A DNA stretch of 63,097 bases, filler included, from Octopus bimaculoides (lineage: Eukaryota): NCBI RefSeq assembly GCF_001194135.2. It is 3 parts of 3 records of this genome, joined end to end, with 100 filler letters (N's around TTAATTAATTAA, not from the genome) between each part and the next. Parts side by side here need not be neighbours in the genome. Positions count along the whole stretch, not along the records: positions 36,215 to 63,097 come from NC_068986.1; 2 more parts are not named here. One strand, given 5' to 3'. A model generated the notes under the pieces. That model worked only from the letters and a program-made list of their open reading frames with translations. It did no database searches and was not told the origin of the DNA. The translations under genes and the position numbers were made by a program. Shown in pieces: positions 46,411 to 57,970 of the stretch; the stretch's first letter is position 1; the number at the start of each line of letters is the position of its first letter.

Positions 46411-47851
46411 ACAATATGAAGTGCGCGATATGATTGCAATAGATATTTTATTGGTTGAACGATATTTCGACTGCTTGCCCGTTTTGTCGAGTTCAAAATG
46501 GAAAGTGATTCAAAGAAATTCAAAATTAGAAATTTAAATTCAAAATTTGAACGAGGCAACCACCGTTTCCATGTTGATGGAATGACATCATCAGTCTTCG
46601 ATTTTCAAGTTTACAACTGGCAAAATGAAAAAGAAAATAAAAAAAGAAAGAAGCGAGAAGGAAAAAGAAGAATATTTAATCAAACAGTTTCATTAATAAA
46701 GCTGAATCCAGGATTTTACGGTCAGAAAGAAGAACACATGTATTTTATAGTCTCCCCAAAATACACAAAAAGGACGACAGATTTCTTCCAATGCACCCAA
46801 TTTGCAGCAGATATGACTGTTGTACAGCCAAACTTTCGGAGTCGCTGGAAGGCTTTCTACTCCCTTTTGCAACAAGATCAAGTTCCTATGGGTTGTATTG
46901 CAAGTTCGACATACGATATAACGGGATAATAATAATGTCCTTGCAAATCGTTCTAATCAAGATACTGGTAACAACCTTCGACAACATGCAACTCTTGGCT
47001 TTACTCTGCGTTGAAGGCTCTCTGCGTATATCCATTGATATTGTGGCACAGTCCATTAGGAGCCAACCAATAGGGGCGTTCTACTTCCACACAACACTAT
47101 ATTCGTGATACTTTTGATTTTGTGTCTAAGATCAACAACTTTCTAAGCACCGAAGACATGTTGAAAACTGTTTTTTAGTATCCATGGATGTCTCTTCCTT
47201 ATATTCCAATACCGTCTACGGTGGAGGGGTAGAAGCATGCATGAATGAGTTCGAAAAAACGGTCAAACATATGTAACTTGAATATATTGGTTGTACAACA
47301 GAACAATTAAACAAAAGATTCAATGGGCACAGATATGACGCCAGGCACAATAACAGTAGTTCGACAGAACTTGCCGAATATTTTACATCAAACGGCTGCA
47401 ATTTTGAAAAAGACGTGAAAGTGTATATTCTCAGGAAATATTCTGAATCTGCTACACATTCAGTCCTGAAAATGCATGAGTAGAAATATGTTCGTGAGTA
47501 TTAACATCACGCCCTGAAAAGATGAATAAAATGACAGGGGAATTTCATCATATTTACACAAAACTGCTTGATTGAATATTCTTTTTTTTTTCCTTTTGTT
47601 TTTCTTTTTTTCTCTTTTTTCTTTTTCTTTTCTTTTTGCGAGGTGTAAACTTGAAAATTGAAGACTAATGAGATAATTCCATCAATTTGGGAACGCTGGT
47701 TGCCTCGACCAAATTTTGAGTTTGAATTTCTATAATTTTTAATTTCTGTATATAATTTTTCATTTTGAACTCAACAAAAACAGGCAAGCAGTCGAAATAT
47801 CGTTCAACCAATAAAATATCTATTGCAATCGCATCCCGCTCTTCATATTGT
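46411..47851 (+). mobile_element. Penelope-like element: RT and GIY-YIG fragments bracketed by inverted ~290-bp terminal repeats
   Basis: RT pieces FYSLPKIHKKDDRFLPMHPICS...KLSESLEGFLLPFATRSSSY / IRDTFDFVSKIN...LVSMDVSSLYSN. GIY-YIG piece LEYIGCTTEQLNKRFNGHR at 47277 onward. The arms are 46411-46690 and 47561-47851. Confidence 0.88.
46890..47096. mobile_element. 207-bp insertion in the Penelope RT with 4-bp direct repeat CTAT; candidate solo LTR
   Basis: Removing the insert plus one CTAT restores SSSY-IRDT in frame. The ends are GGGTTGT ... ACACAACA, an imperfect TGTTG/CAACA pair. Confidence 0.45.
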
Positions 47852-49528
47852 CTATTTACCATTTTGAGGAGTTACGTCGACCCTTTTAAAATATTATTAT
47901 TATTATTATTGTTGTTGTTGTTGTTATTTTTATTATCATCATTATTATTATTTGTATTTTGGAATGTTTGTTCGTGGCTCTTAAGATTCTTTAAAAGTTG
48001 TTTAATCATTTGGTATTCGAATTTTTGTAGGACTCTTTACTAGATAAACCAACCCCCTTTACTTGCAGTGGGCTGGTTTGGCGAAAAGCTCATTAATTCA
48101 GGGCGAATTTTGTGACATAAAATTTGTGAGTTGATTTTCCAAATCAAAAGAATATGACTTCCCAAATTGAGGAAAATGATGATTGTTGGGACAGCCATTA
48201 TGATATAACTTTGTCATCATATCTTGATCTGGTCGAGAGACACATCGTACACAACAACAACAGCAACAACAGCAGCAGTAGCAGTAATGAGCAGGATAAA
48301 TTTGAAAATGACACAAGTATTACCTCTACCGCCACCACCTAACACCAACACCACCACAAACATTGATTCAACGAAAACACGGGCGTTCTTCTTTCCAAAC
48401 AAAATGGGAACAGCTAAACACAGGTGTGTCGACGAATGGAGATATACGACGAGTCAGAAAAATGTTTGGTGACAGCAGAGCGCACTTTATAAAGATTGAC
48501 AGAATCGTATTTCTAAACACGCCAAAAAACGACTTAGTTTATACAAATGTATTTAAAAAAAACAAAAAAAGAAACAGAAGACTGAATCGAGGCAAGAACC
48601 AGATCAAAAAATGCCAAAGGCCAGTCTGTGGGATGAAAACTTTGGCGCAGATGGAGTGAGATACGCAACTGAAGGGCCAAAGAAAGTGCAACAACAACCC
48701 TCAGAAGGGAAGAATTGATTAAAATAAAGGTACAAGAAGTACACCAGAATTGAACATCTCTTATCTAGTGACTGGGATAGAAAACAAGACAATTCTTCTC
48801 CAAGTGCACGAAATTTAAAAGGAAAATTGGTTGGGCACGGGAGCAGCAATACCTCCATCAACAGCAAGCACCAGTACCATTCACGGAAAAAGGAATAATA
48901 ACACCTGTACCATGGCAACCGAGAGATGCCTCATCCACAACGAAGTTATCATGCAGGTTATCAATGATCTCTAGGGTGGTCATCGCCGTCCCGATGAATG
49001 AACGTGAGTGATTGTCAAGCTTGTAGAGAAGCAGATAAATCCTCAGTTACTGCTTTTGAGAATTATATGTCCAAATCCTGAATCTTTCTATATAGTTTAA
49101 GTTATATGTTTGGGAATAAACAGAATTTGAGTTAGTGCCACAAACAGAATTGACACAATTTTTGCCATCTTCAGAGCTTCAAATTCCATGCTTATTCAAG
49201 TTGTAATTACTTTCAGATGGTTTAATAACTCATTTCTTCTACAAAAATCTCAGGAAAATCTATTCTCTCAATAAAGAGAACAATTTTGCTGATTTTGTCA
49301 TTGTTATATATTTTAAAAGTAATTATCCAAAATTTCATTTCAATAAAGTAATATTTATTCTGCCTATATTTGTGTGAACGTATAAATTTCATTTTCTAAA
49401 GGTTAAGCCATCAACTGATAATTTTATCAAATCTTAATAAAAACTGTCGAATTGTCTTCGAAACCAATTTCGTTTTCCCCCAAATTATAGTATTAATTCA
49501 ATTATATTATTAATATTAAAAACTGAAT

Positions 49529-49750
49529 TAAGGCAGCCAGCTGGCAGAAACTATAGCACGCCGGCCAAAATGTTTAGCGGCACTTCGTGTTTCTCTACGT
49601 TGCGTTCAAACTCCGCCGAGGTCAACTTCGCCTTTCATTGTTTCAGGTTCGATAAAATAATACCAGTTGAGCACTGGGATCGATGTAATCGACCTAACCG
49701 CTTCCTGCAAAAATTGCTGGCCTTGTGCCAAAATTTGAGACCAATATTAG
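49529..49750 (+). mobile_element. SINE family A, full length
   Basis: AAGGCAGCCAGCTGGCAGAAAC...GTTCAAACTCCGCCGAGGTC...GGCCTTGTGCCAAAATTTGAGACC. Confidence 0.88.
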
Positions 49751-50271
49751 AAATTGACTTATTCAGTGATTCCAGAAATAAAATTGTTTAGGTCGACTGA
49801 GTTGTATTATATATGACTATAATGTATTTTTTATTAATTTACTTCAGTAACTCGATGTCTGCGAAAATGTAAGGAATTAAGAGAAACTGTTGATGACATA
49901 TTTTCATTGAAAGTTTATGGTAAATCAAGACCTTAGAAGAAAAGACGTTCAAGCATTAAAATCAATTTATACATTTTCCCCACAACAGCTCAGGAACACA
50001 TGGTAAATCATGATGAATGTGAAACAAATTTCATGAAAAGATGAATAATCAAAGCTCTGACATGCAGTCAGTTGGATCCACACGAATGCTCAACGGTTTT
50101 GCACACCTGACAACTGATTTAATAGTTTATGAATATATGACATACTAGAGATGTACAGCTTTCTACGCAGTAAATTACTGTGAAAAAGAGATTATGATAT
50201 ACCAGAAGTCTAGATGTTCATAAATATCACATTTGCTTTAACTGAAATCTCTTCGTGTTTGATTCAAGTAG

Positions 50272-50346
50272 GAAAAAGTCAGTCAATATTCAGAGGAATA
50301 TTTAAAATTTGGATTTATACTCGCTATCCACGATAAACTGTCACCA
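50272..50346 (+). mobile_element. Short hAT Buster/Charlie-type transposase N-terminal remnant
   Basis: Translation KVSQYSEEYLKFGFILAIHDKLSP resembles the RQYSxEYLKFGF start of Buster-type transposases. Confidence 0.5.
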
Positions 50347-50759
50347 AGTTTTGGGCGAAAAACCCGGATCTTGTCAATTTTCCGAAATCTTCTCCACACT
50401 CCCTCAGAAAAGGAGCCCCCCACACCCACTTGCTTTCCGCGCATCTTTTTTTTTTATATCCGTTTCCTACACATTTATTTACATCCGTTGCACTATTTTT
50501 TTAAATTTTGTTTTCGGGAAATATTGTAAACATTAACCAATATCTTAAGTTCTTGCTGAGTGATACTTAATTCTTAATATTTACCGTTACATGTGAGTAC
50601 CTTTCAATAGCTCTGTCAGCGTGTTCGTTACACTTGTTAATGTTCTTTCATTCATTTCTATTTGTGAGTCTCAGATAAAAAGAATATGTATGCGTGTGCA
50701 CGTGCGTGTAAGTATGTATGTCAATGTTTGCGAGAAAGATTGCTTATTTTTATACCTCA

Positions 50760-51250
50760 CGCTGTGTAAATAAGATATGCAAAATATCTCCTCTTGATGT
50801 CAATGGCCGTTTGCTTCAAGATGCACGCTTGATTGTTTGGGACGAGGCACCCATGTGTCATCGCTATCTATTTGAAGCGCTGAATGAACAACGATTTGAT
50901 CTTTGGCGGCAAATTGATAATTTTCGGTGGTGATTTTCGTCAATTTCTTCCACTGGTTCGAAGAGCACAAGGGTCTTTTCTAATTGGGGCATGTTTGAAA
51001 AAAATCCATAATTTTCCACGAATGCGAAGTACTTCATCACACAACTAATATTAGAGTGCAAAACTGTCTCAGCAATAATGATACCACCTCTCAAACTCGA
51101 CTGGCGTATCATTCGGCTTGGTTATTGCAAATTGGTGATGGAAGAACCCCCAATTTTCAAAGACAATTATATGATGATGTAATAGAGATTCTTCTGCAAT
51201 TTCAAGTCAACAGTAAGGAGGATTTGATCAACCATGTCTATGAAGATCTA
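50760..51250 (+). mobile_element. Helitron helicase fragment (motifs II-III)
   Basis: Translation gives LLQDARLIVWDEAPMCHRYLFEALN, FGGDFRQFLPLV and WLLQIGDG, with frameshifts. Confidence 0.85.
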
Positions 51251-51256
51251 AAGGTT

Positions 51257-51529
51257 ATTATTTACATTATTTACATTTGACGGATATTTGTCCTCATCTT
51301 GTTTGTTGTTAACACAACGTTTCTTAACCACTACGCATATGGCACAGTGGTTAAGAGCGCGGGCTACTAACCCCAAGATTCCGAGTTCGATTCCAGGCAA
51401 TAACCTGAATAATAATAATAATAATGATAATAATAATAATAATGATAATAATAATAATAATGATAATAATAATAACATCGAAAAATACCTTAGGAAGGAG
51501 AACCCAGGTTCGAAATTTCCCTAAGACAC
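51257..51529. mobile_element. Head-to-head composite of a tRNA-headed element: deleted minus-strand copy (51257-51340) and 3'-truncated plus-strand copy (51337-51529)
   Basis: An 11-bp inverted repeat TCTTAACCACT/AGTGGTTAAGA surrounds CATATG. The plus copy has A-box TGGCACAGTGG, B-box GAGTTCGATTCC and an internal (AAT)n. The minus copy runs head then GAAACGTTGTGTT. Confidence 0.6.
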
Positions 51530-51534
51530 AATAA

Positions 51535-51752
51535 TGGCGACATGATCAGGTAATCTTTACCTCGCCGGACATAATGCTGGGCGGCATTTCGTCCATTTTT
51601 ACGCTCTATGTTCAAATGCCACCGGTGTCGTCTTTGTCTTTCGTCCTTTGGGATAGATAAATTAAGTACCAGTTGAGTACTGAGGTCAACGTAATCAACT
51701 ATCCCCTCCCCCAATGTTTCAGAGCTCGTGCCTATAGTAGAAAGGATTATTA
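51535..51752 (+). mobile_element. SINE family A, diverged full length
   Basis: GGCGACATG...GCGGCATTTCGTCC...GTTCAAATGCC...AAGTACCAGTTGAGTACTG...GTGCCTATAGTAGAAAGGATTATT. Confidence 0.8.
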
Positions 51753-52821
51753 TTACCATGATCGAAAATATTTCCTTGTGCATACTAGATAGTGCTTAAT
51801 TTTGATAGTAGAAATGGATATTCTTTTGAACGGAAGACGAATCGAAAAAACTTCGGCGCTAGTTTACACCAATTTTCACTTAGACATTCACGTGTAGGAT
51901 TTCTTTTCTTTTTTTATTTTTTATTTTTCGTAAAGACTGATTTTTGTAGAAATATATTTTATTTGTAACTTCATTTCGAAGATGCCATCTGGCGCTACAG
52001 GATAATATACAAAAACTAGGCTATTATAATAAGGACGTTTATTAAATTTTATGATCGTTAATTTTTGCATTTATTCACTTCCGTTAGCTGTCACTATTTC
52101 ATAATGGATTTACATTTGCAGATTGAGTTGAATATCCAAAGGAACGTAAATCATGTTCTCTACAATTCGTAAAGTACCTGCATAGCATATATTTAATTAT
52201 TTGCCAGAAATGCAATTTTGATAATATTATCGCTAGCTATTCAGCTTAGTGTAACGTATTATCATTTCAAACATACCTGTCTTAGTTAGATGAAGAAAAT
52301 CCATAACAAAATTTTCACGTCGATTCGTCGTTGAAAGGAAGCTACATATCAACACCAAATGGACTGAGTTATGATACAAAGGTATGTTTTTTAATTAATT
52401 CAGCTACAAATATCACCGAGAATAAGCTGAAAAAAAAAATGGTTGTTACATCTAGTGGATAGACAATAACGTAGAGGCTTTCATGACAGCTCATATTAAC
52501 TGGTAATTGGAGGCGATGAAATCTATGTAGAGATAAATATAAATTAGACTAAATTTGTGGATTTAATGGTTTTGATATGGTCTGTCTGTGGCAAGTCAAA
52601 CAGAAGTATTTTTTATGAGCTTAACATGCACAAGGATTTGTGGTGATTATAATGGTGGGGAATATTAGTAAACGTAGCTTTACCTGCACGTTTTGCTTCA
52701 AACATAATCTTCTTATTGGAGTAATTCATAAATAAAAATTGTTCTAATGTTCCTTGATACAGAAGTACTATGTTATTTCTGTTCATAATAACCGTTTTAA
52801 TAGTCTTAAAGTTGTGTACTC

Positions 52822-52876
<55 letters not shown>

Positions 52877-52904
52877 GTAATAATTGCTCTTTCTCTTTAC
52901 TACT

Positions 52905-53212
52905 TAATTTTTAGAAAAAGAGCAATTACACCAAATACCGAATAGACAACACATTAGAAAGTGATAAGTGCAGAATTTGTGGACAAAATGGTGAAACGGT
53001 ATGGCATATTACCAGTCAATGTACGCCACTATGGCAGAAAGAATATGAGACATCATGACAATATAGCAAGGGCACTTTGCACCAAGTATGGACTTGACAG
53101 AGCAAAATAGTGGTACGAACATAAACCCGAAGGCATCATCGAAAATGATAATGCAAAGATCCTATGGGATTTAATAATTCAGTGCGACCATGAGATAGAG
53201 AATCCGAAACTA
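52905..53212 (+). mobile_element. R4/Dong-clade LINE fragment: CCHC knuckle and start of RLE, just after (AAT)n at 52826-52880
   Basis: Translation gives KYRIDNTLESDKCRICGQNGETVWHITSQC...HDNIARALCTKYGL...WYEHKPEGIIENDNAKILWD...QCDHEI. Confidence 0.88.
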
Positions 53213-53234
53213 GGAGTGGATCTGTTGACTAGTC

Positions 53235-53880
53235 TAGGCTGATTTTTCTTTTTGTTTTTTGTAAGTTTCTACATCATTTGGTCCAGTTGGCTTCAGTATA
53301 CTTCGGCCGTGATTGATGAGACAGGTTTAATGAAATCATAATGGATCACACCTGCGCCAGACCACCAAACACACACCACCAGCTTCTTTTGATGATCATT
53401 GCTTTTAGGACTGTGTTTTGATGGCTCGTTTTTGTCCAACCATTATGTTGAACGTTTACGTTTGTTGTATTGGATCCATTTCTCATCACATGTTACAATT
53501 CGATTCAAAAATGATTCATTTTTGTGACGAAAAAGTAACATAATGCAGGCTTCAAAACGTTGCTGTTTTAGATTGAGTTCATGTGGAACCCACTTATCCA
53601 AATTTTTCACTTTACCGATTTGAACTAGGTGAGTCGATATTGTTTGCTTGCTAACACCAAAACAACCACGATAATTCACGAGCACTTTGATGGATCTTAC
53701 TCGACGGTGGCTTTCAGTTCAACATTATCAACCTTTGTTTCTGGTCGACCGCGTTGCTCATTTCTGAGGTCAAAGTTACCAGGATGAAATTTTGAAAAAC
53801 AGTTTGATACTGTCTGTTGTGTAATAACATTAGAATGAAATACTCCATCAATATTCCGAGCTGTCTGTGATGAAAAGCAA
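53235..53880 (-). mobile_element. mariner transposase remnant
   Basis: Translation gives FDLRNEQRGRPETKVDN, GKVKNLDKWVPHEL (WVPHEL motif), FLNRIVTCDEKWIQY and LVVCVWWSGAGVIHYDF. Confidence 0.9.
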
Positions 53881-53889
53881 ATGATGAAA

Positions 53890-53997
53890 AGCAAAGTAGA
53901 CATCGGTGGAATTTGAACTAAGAACATAGCGTCAGATAAAATACCGCTAAACATTTCGCCCGGCGTGCCAGCGACTCTGCCAGCTCGCTGTCTTCTT
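53890..53997 (-). mobile_element. SINE family A 5' half
   Basis: Head CAGCGAGCTGGCAGAGTCGCTGGCACGCCGGGCGAAATGTTTAGCGGTATTT in reverse orientation. Confidence 0.8.
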
Positions 53998-54009
53998 AAT
54001 AATAATAAT

Positions 54010-54045
<36 letters not shown>

Positions 54046-54057
54046 AATAATAATAAT

Positions 54058-54272
54058 CCTTTCTACTATAGGCACAAGGCCTGAAATTTGGGGGGGGGGA
54101 GGAGCAAGTCGATAACATCGGTCCCACTACTCAAATGGTGCTTAATTTATTGACCCCTAAGGATGGAAAGCAGAGTCGACTTCGGCGAAATTTGATCTTA
54201 GAACATGCATCGGACGAAATGCCGCTAAACAATTTGCCCGGTGTGCTAATGATTCTACCAGCTCACCACCTT
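54058..54272 (-). mobile_element. SINE family A, full length, with (ATT/GTT)n tail array at 53998-54057
   Basis: CCTTTCTACTATAGGCACAAGGCC...GTCGACTTCGGCGAAATTTGA...CCAGCTCACCACCTT. Confidence 0.88.
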
Positions 54273-54509
54273 AACAAAAATAATAATAATTCTTTTCCTT
54301 TTCTTAATCTTTTTGGTAGGTTTGTCGATTTCATCAATCCAAGCGCTCAACTAGTACATATTTTATCGACTCATGAGGTTACATAAGAGCGCGTAAACAG
54401 TAAAATAACAGCAACAAAAGAAAATAATAAATTCCAAAGAATGAATAATTTTCCAAAACCTGGAGACCTCCGATGGTTACTCGTAGAGGCCACAACAGAA
54501 CCAAGGTCA

Positions 54510-56300
54510 CTATTAAGGCATGTACCTTCTACCTGTTATAATCCTGCATTCTACAAGTGAATGCTCAGAACAGATCCGTTCACTCGGATCCAGCTCAGCA
54601 CTCTCACCCACTGCTCAGCAAATTTGCTGCGAAGTAGTACTTCCCTTTCTACACTCATCTTCCACTTCAAGTGTAACAAAGGAAGGTGCCTGTCTTCTGC
54701 CTATTTAGTCTTCTCGACCATACAACCAACTTTGCCAAAGTATTAGACAGATTAAGACAGCCTATCCTTCCCGGCCATAGGAAGACGGCGGGATGATCTT
54801 AACAATGATCTCAGCTGGTAACCGGATCCATCTTACACGTGATAGCAGATATTTGGCATAACTATGCAGGTCAGCAATATTTTGGTACTCTTCACTACAG
54901 CTATCATTTTCGGAAGATACCTGTGAATAGATCTTAAAACAAGAAGTCTCGCATATGAAAGTAAGGCACATAGAGTAGACTATTCAAGCTAGGAAGTTTG
55001 CTCTTTGTGCAGCCTACCATATCTTTCTGTATTTCAATGGCTGCTATCACCTTGTCCTTTCTTGCTTAGAGCCGCATCCAACCTTCGAGGTATGCAATGA
55101 AATACACTCTGCTTTCCAGTTCATCATTCGTCGCCAACAGTTAGGCGAAGTGCTGCTGAAAATTCGTACGCAAGTGCTTGTGGGGGTCGAGTAATTTTGC
55201 TTCCATTATGGTCCGCGAAGAGTATGTGGTTTTAGGTGCACATTGCGCCTCCGCAACTTGGTCCCATTGAATAACTTTCGTTCCCTAGTGTTTATAGCAT
55301 GCATCTAACCTCAAGCAATGCAGCGTCTGCACGTTGCTTTAAAGAAGTGATCAAGAATCATTACCATTGTGGGCATGTTATTTGTGTTTCCTTTTCGACG
55401 TGTCTCCTCTAAGTTTTTAAGTCTCTCTCTAATTCTTCCTCACTTCATAATCGATTCTACTGTAGTCGAATTTTTCAGAGTAGACCATTGTCAGTTGTTG
55501 ACTGACTAATTGTTAATCTGTTTGGCTGCTGAAAACGACGCGTTTAGCATCCAATGATCGGGTCCTTGTATACGAAACCTATCAAGGTCAACGTACAGAT
55601 CCCAAATCTGTGGTCTGTGTATCTGACGATATTAAAATCCACACAACCTATGCTGTCCTTATCTTTTGACTGAAGCTATTCTATTGATATGATCTAGATC
55701 AGCGTTTTTCAAATTTTTTTTGTCGCGAACCTTTTTATTTATCTCTTAGCCCACTAAAGAATCGGAGCCCACAGTTTGAAAGACGCTGGTTTATATTCTG
55801 CACTTTGCACCTACTTGCGTTTTTTTTCTTTCCTTCCTTTTTTTCTTTTTTTGCTGTGACTCATTTTAATTTATTTCCTGACCCACTGAAGGGCTGGGAC
55901 CTACAGTTTGAAAAACGCTGGTCTAGATGATCTGTCACAGTTTGTCTATGTGCATATTGATACATTAAGAACAGCTAGTTGGTCTCTGTCAAGTTGTAGG
56001 AAAGTGTAATATAACATTCTGTATTGGTTGCCTCGTCCCTGTTGCAGTGTAGAGAATTACTTGTCTGAAGGCGCTTCCTTCGCTGTTGCTCACATACAGG
56101 ACTACTAACTTAGCTTTTGGACCCAAGGCGTTGGTTTGTATCATGAGATCCAAGTCCCCTTTCGAAATAACACAGCCACTTCACATCTTACTTAGTAAAC
56201 TTGGAGGTGTGGACACCGCGTATCCACTGAAAATGGGTGTGAAGCTTCGTGGCCCGGAATTTTCGTCTCCGTGATTACCACCATATCTATATCTTAAAAT
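54510..56300 (-). mobile_element. L1/Tx1-like ORF2 remnant (APE, linker, RT start), heavily decayed
   Basis: Minus strand reads DIDMVVITETK, EVAVLFRKG, KLVVL, YTDHR...GPDHWMLNAS, GCTKSKLPSLNSLLY and WIRVNG. It shares EVAxLFRK/KLVVL with 10190-10540. Confidence 0.6.
55700..55920. mobile_element. hAT (Charlie/MER5-like) MITE inserted in the Tx1 remnant
   Basis: Perfect 14-bp TIRs CAGCGTTTTTCAAA / TTTGAAAAACGCTG. The 8-bp flanks are ATCTAGAT / GTCTAGAT (7/8). Confidence 0.88.
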
Positions 56301-56728
56301 TTCACATAATCTGAGTTCAAACCGGCGAAAACCGAGTTGGATTTTATCTTTAAAATACTGTTGAGCAAGTGCCTCTATTTCGATGGTAACTCTAAGCTAT
56401 AATACGCATTTCCACAGCCTTAGAAAACGTTTGTAGTCTTGAGAAAGGTATATGTTTCCCCGTGTTTACTGCTGCTATTTTTACCATTACTACATTTGCT
56501 GCTCTAGCTGCTACCGTCTATTGCGTTTGCTCTCTTTCTTACTGCAGTTATTCTGGTTATGTTTGTTAATGTTGTCGTTGCTACTTTTACTGTTACTGTC
56601 GTTTGCCGTCATACGAGTATTCTAAATTTTAATTTCAATTTTTTTTTATGAAAATGTATTGCCACTTTCGTAGGAATTTTATGCTATTTGCTTACCATTA
56701 CTGCTGATTTGATTCATTTTGCTATTGT

Positions 56729-56760
<32 letters not shown>

Positions 56761-57293
56761 ATGATGATCATGCTACAGCCGATTGTTTCTATCGCAGCAG
56801 TGCAATTATTTGGACTTTGAACTATCAACACTTGAAAATTTCATTTGTCTCCCGATAACCGTTTATTTCTCAATACATGCTAGTTCAATGTAAATACAAC
56901 AGTTAGATTATCCTGTCAAAACGAGACAAAGAATGTGATGGACAAAACAAATTAATTTGTTAGTTGTCTCATGCTAATTCCCAACCGTCATACATTCCCA
57001 TGCGTCATACAATGATTAATTTACCGATACTGAAAGCTATTACACAGAGATATAATTTACATGAAACAATGAATAACCGATAAAAATATAACACAGATTC
57101 AACTACATAGACAGTACAAAAATATACTGTATCAGAGAACATTGACTGATGATGTTAGAAATCTAACTTATAAAGTGATAATTTTACAATTTATTTGGTG
57201 ATGAAGTTACAAAAGAAAGAAATAGGTTGTGTTGTTAAAACCAGTAAGAATAACAGTATAAATTGCAATAGCAATGTTATTGCTTTCTATGAT

Positions 57294-57970
57294 CAGGGCA
57301 GGATTTATGTTAGGACCAATACGGACCATGGCCCGAAGGCTCCTGTACTTGGGGGACCTTTTAACTCAGAGAAACCTAAAGCTTGGAAATAAAAAGTAAA
57401 AATATTTAGAGCAGTGAGTTTATACAGATTTTTTTTTACTTATTTAAATATTTTCAATCCAATAGTTTTTTTTTAAATTATTGGGCTGATTTTTTAATTA
57501 CTGTATCCTCTGAATCTTCTGAGACTCCTTTCTAGTTTTGGGGTCTGTTCACATTGTTTGGACCCTCTAGTTATAATGGCACCTTCTTTATTATATTAAT
57601 ATGACTTGAACTAATTCATTTTTAAGTAGTGTATTTTTAACAATACTTTGAGCACATGCTTTCTGATATAATAATAGGGTTTTCAACAGAATGCATTATC
57701 CAATCAAATGAACACATCAACATATCAGAAACTATCACAGTGCTGGCAGACATTAAAGTTATGGAATATGAATAAACAACTTGAGGAAAATACAAAATTG
57801 ATATATGAAATTATAATGTTCTTTGTATTTAGATTTGCAACCTTATATTTATTTTTACAATGCGCATACCTATTGTTTAAATATAAACAGTTAAAACTTA
57901 CACACGAAAAATAGTAAGAGAACAAAAAACTATTGACCCAAGAGCCTTGCGTAGTCTAAATCTGGCCCTG
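57294..57970. mobile_element. Non-autonomous hAT-like element
   Basis: TIRs CAGGGCAGGATTTA / TAAATCTGGCCCTG match 12/14. The 8-bp flanks TCTATGAT / CCAATGAC match 5/8. Confidence 0.65.

Noticed and set aside
48060-48960. Coding-like purine-rich stretch after the Penelope element
   Set aside because: No diagnostic motif was found in any frame examined.
51337-51400. True tRNA gene (also the heads of SINE families A, B and C)
   Set aside because: Cloverleaf stems are incomplete and the heads continue into repeat bodies.
52286-52387. Candidate exon ending AAG|GTATGT
   Set aside because: All frames from the nearest acceptors contain stops.
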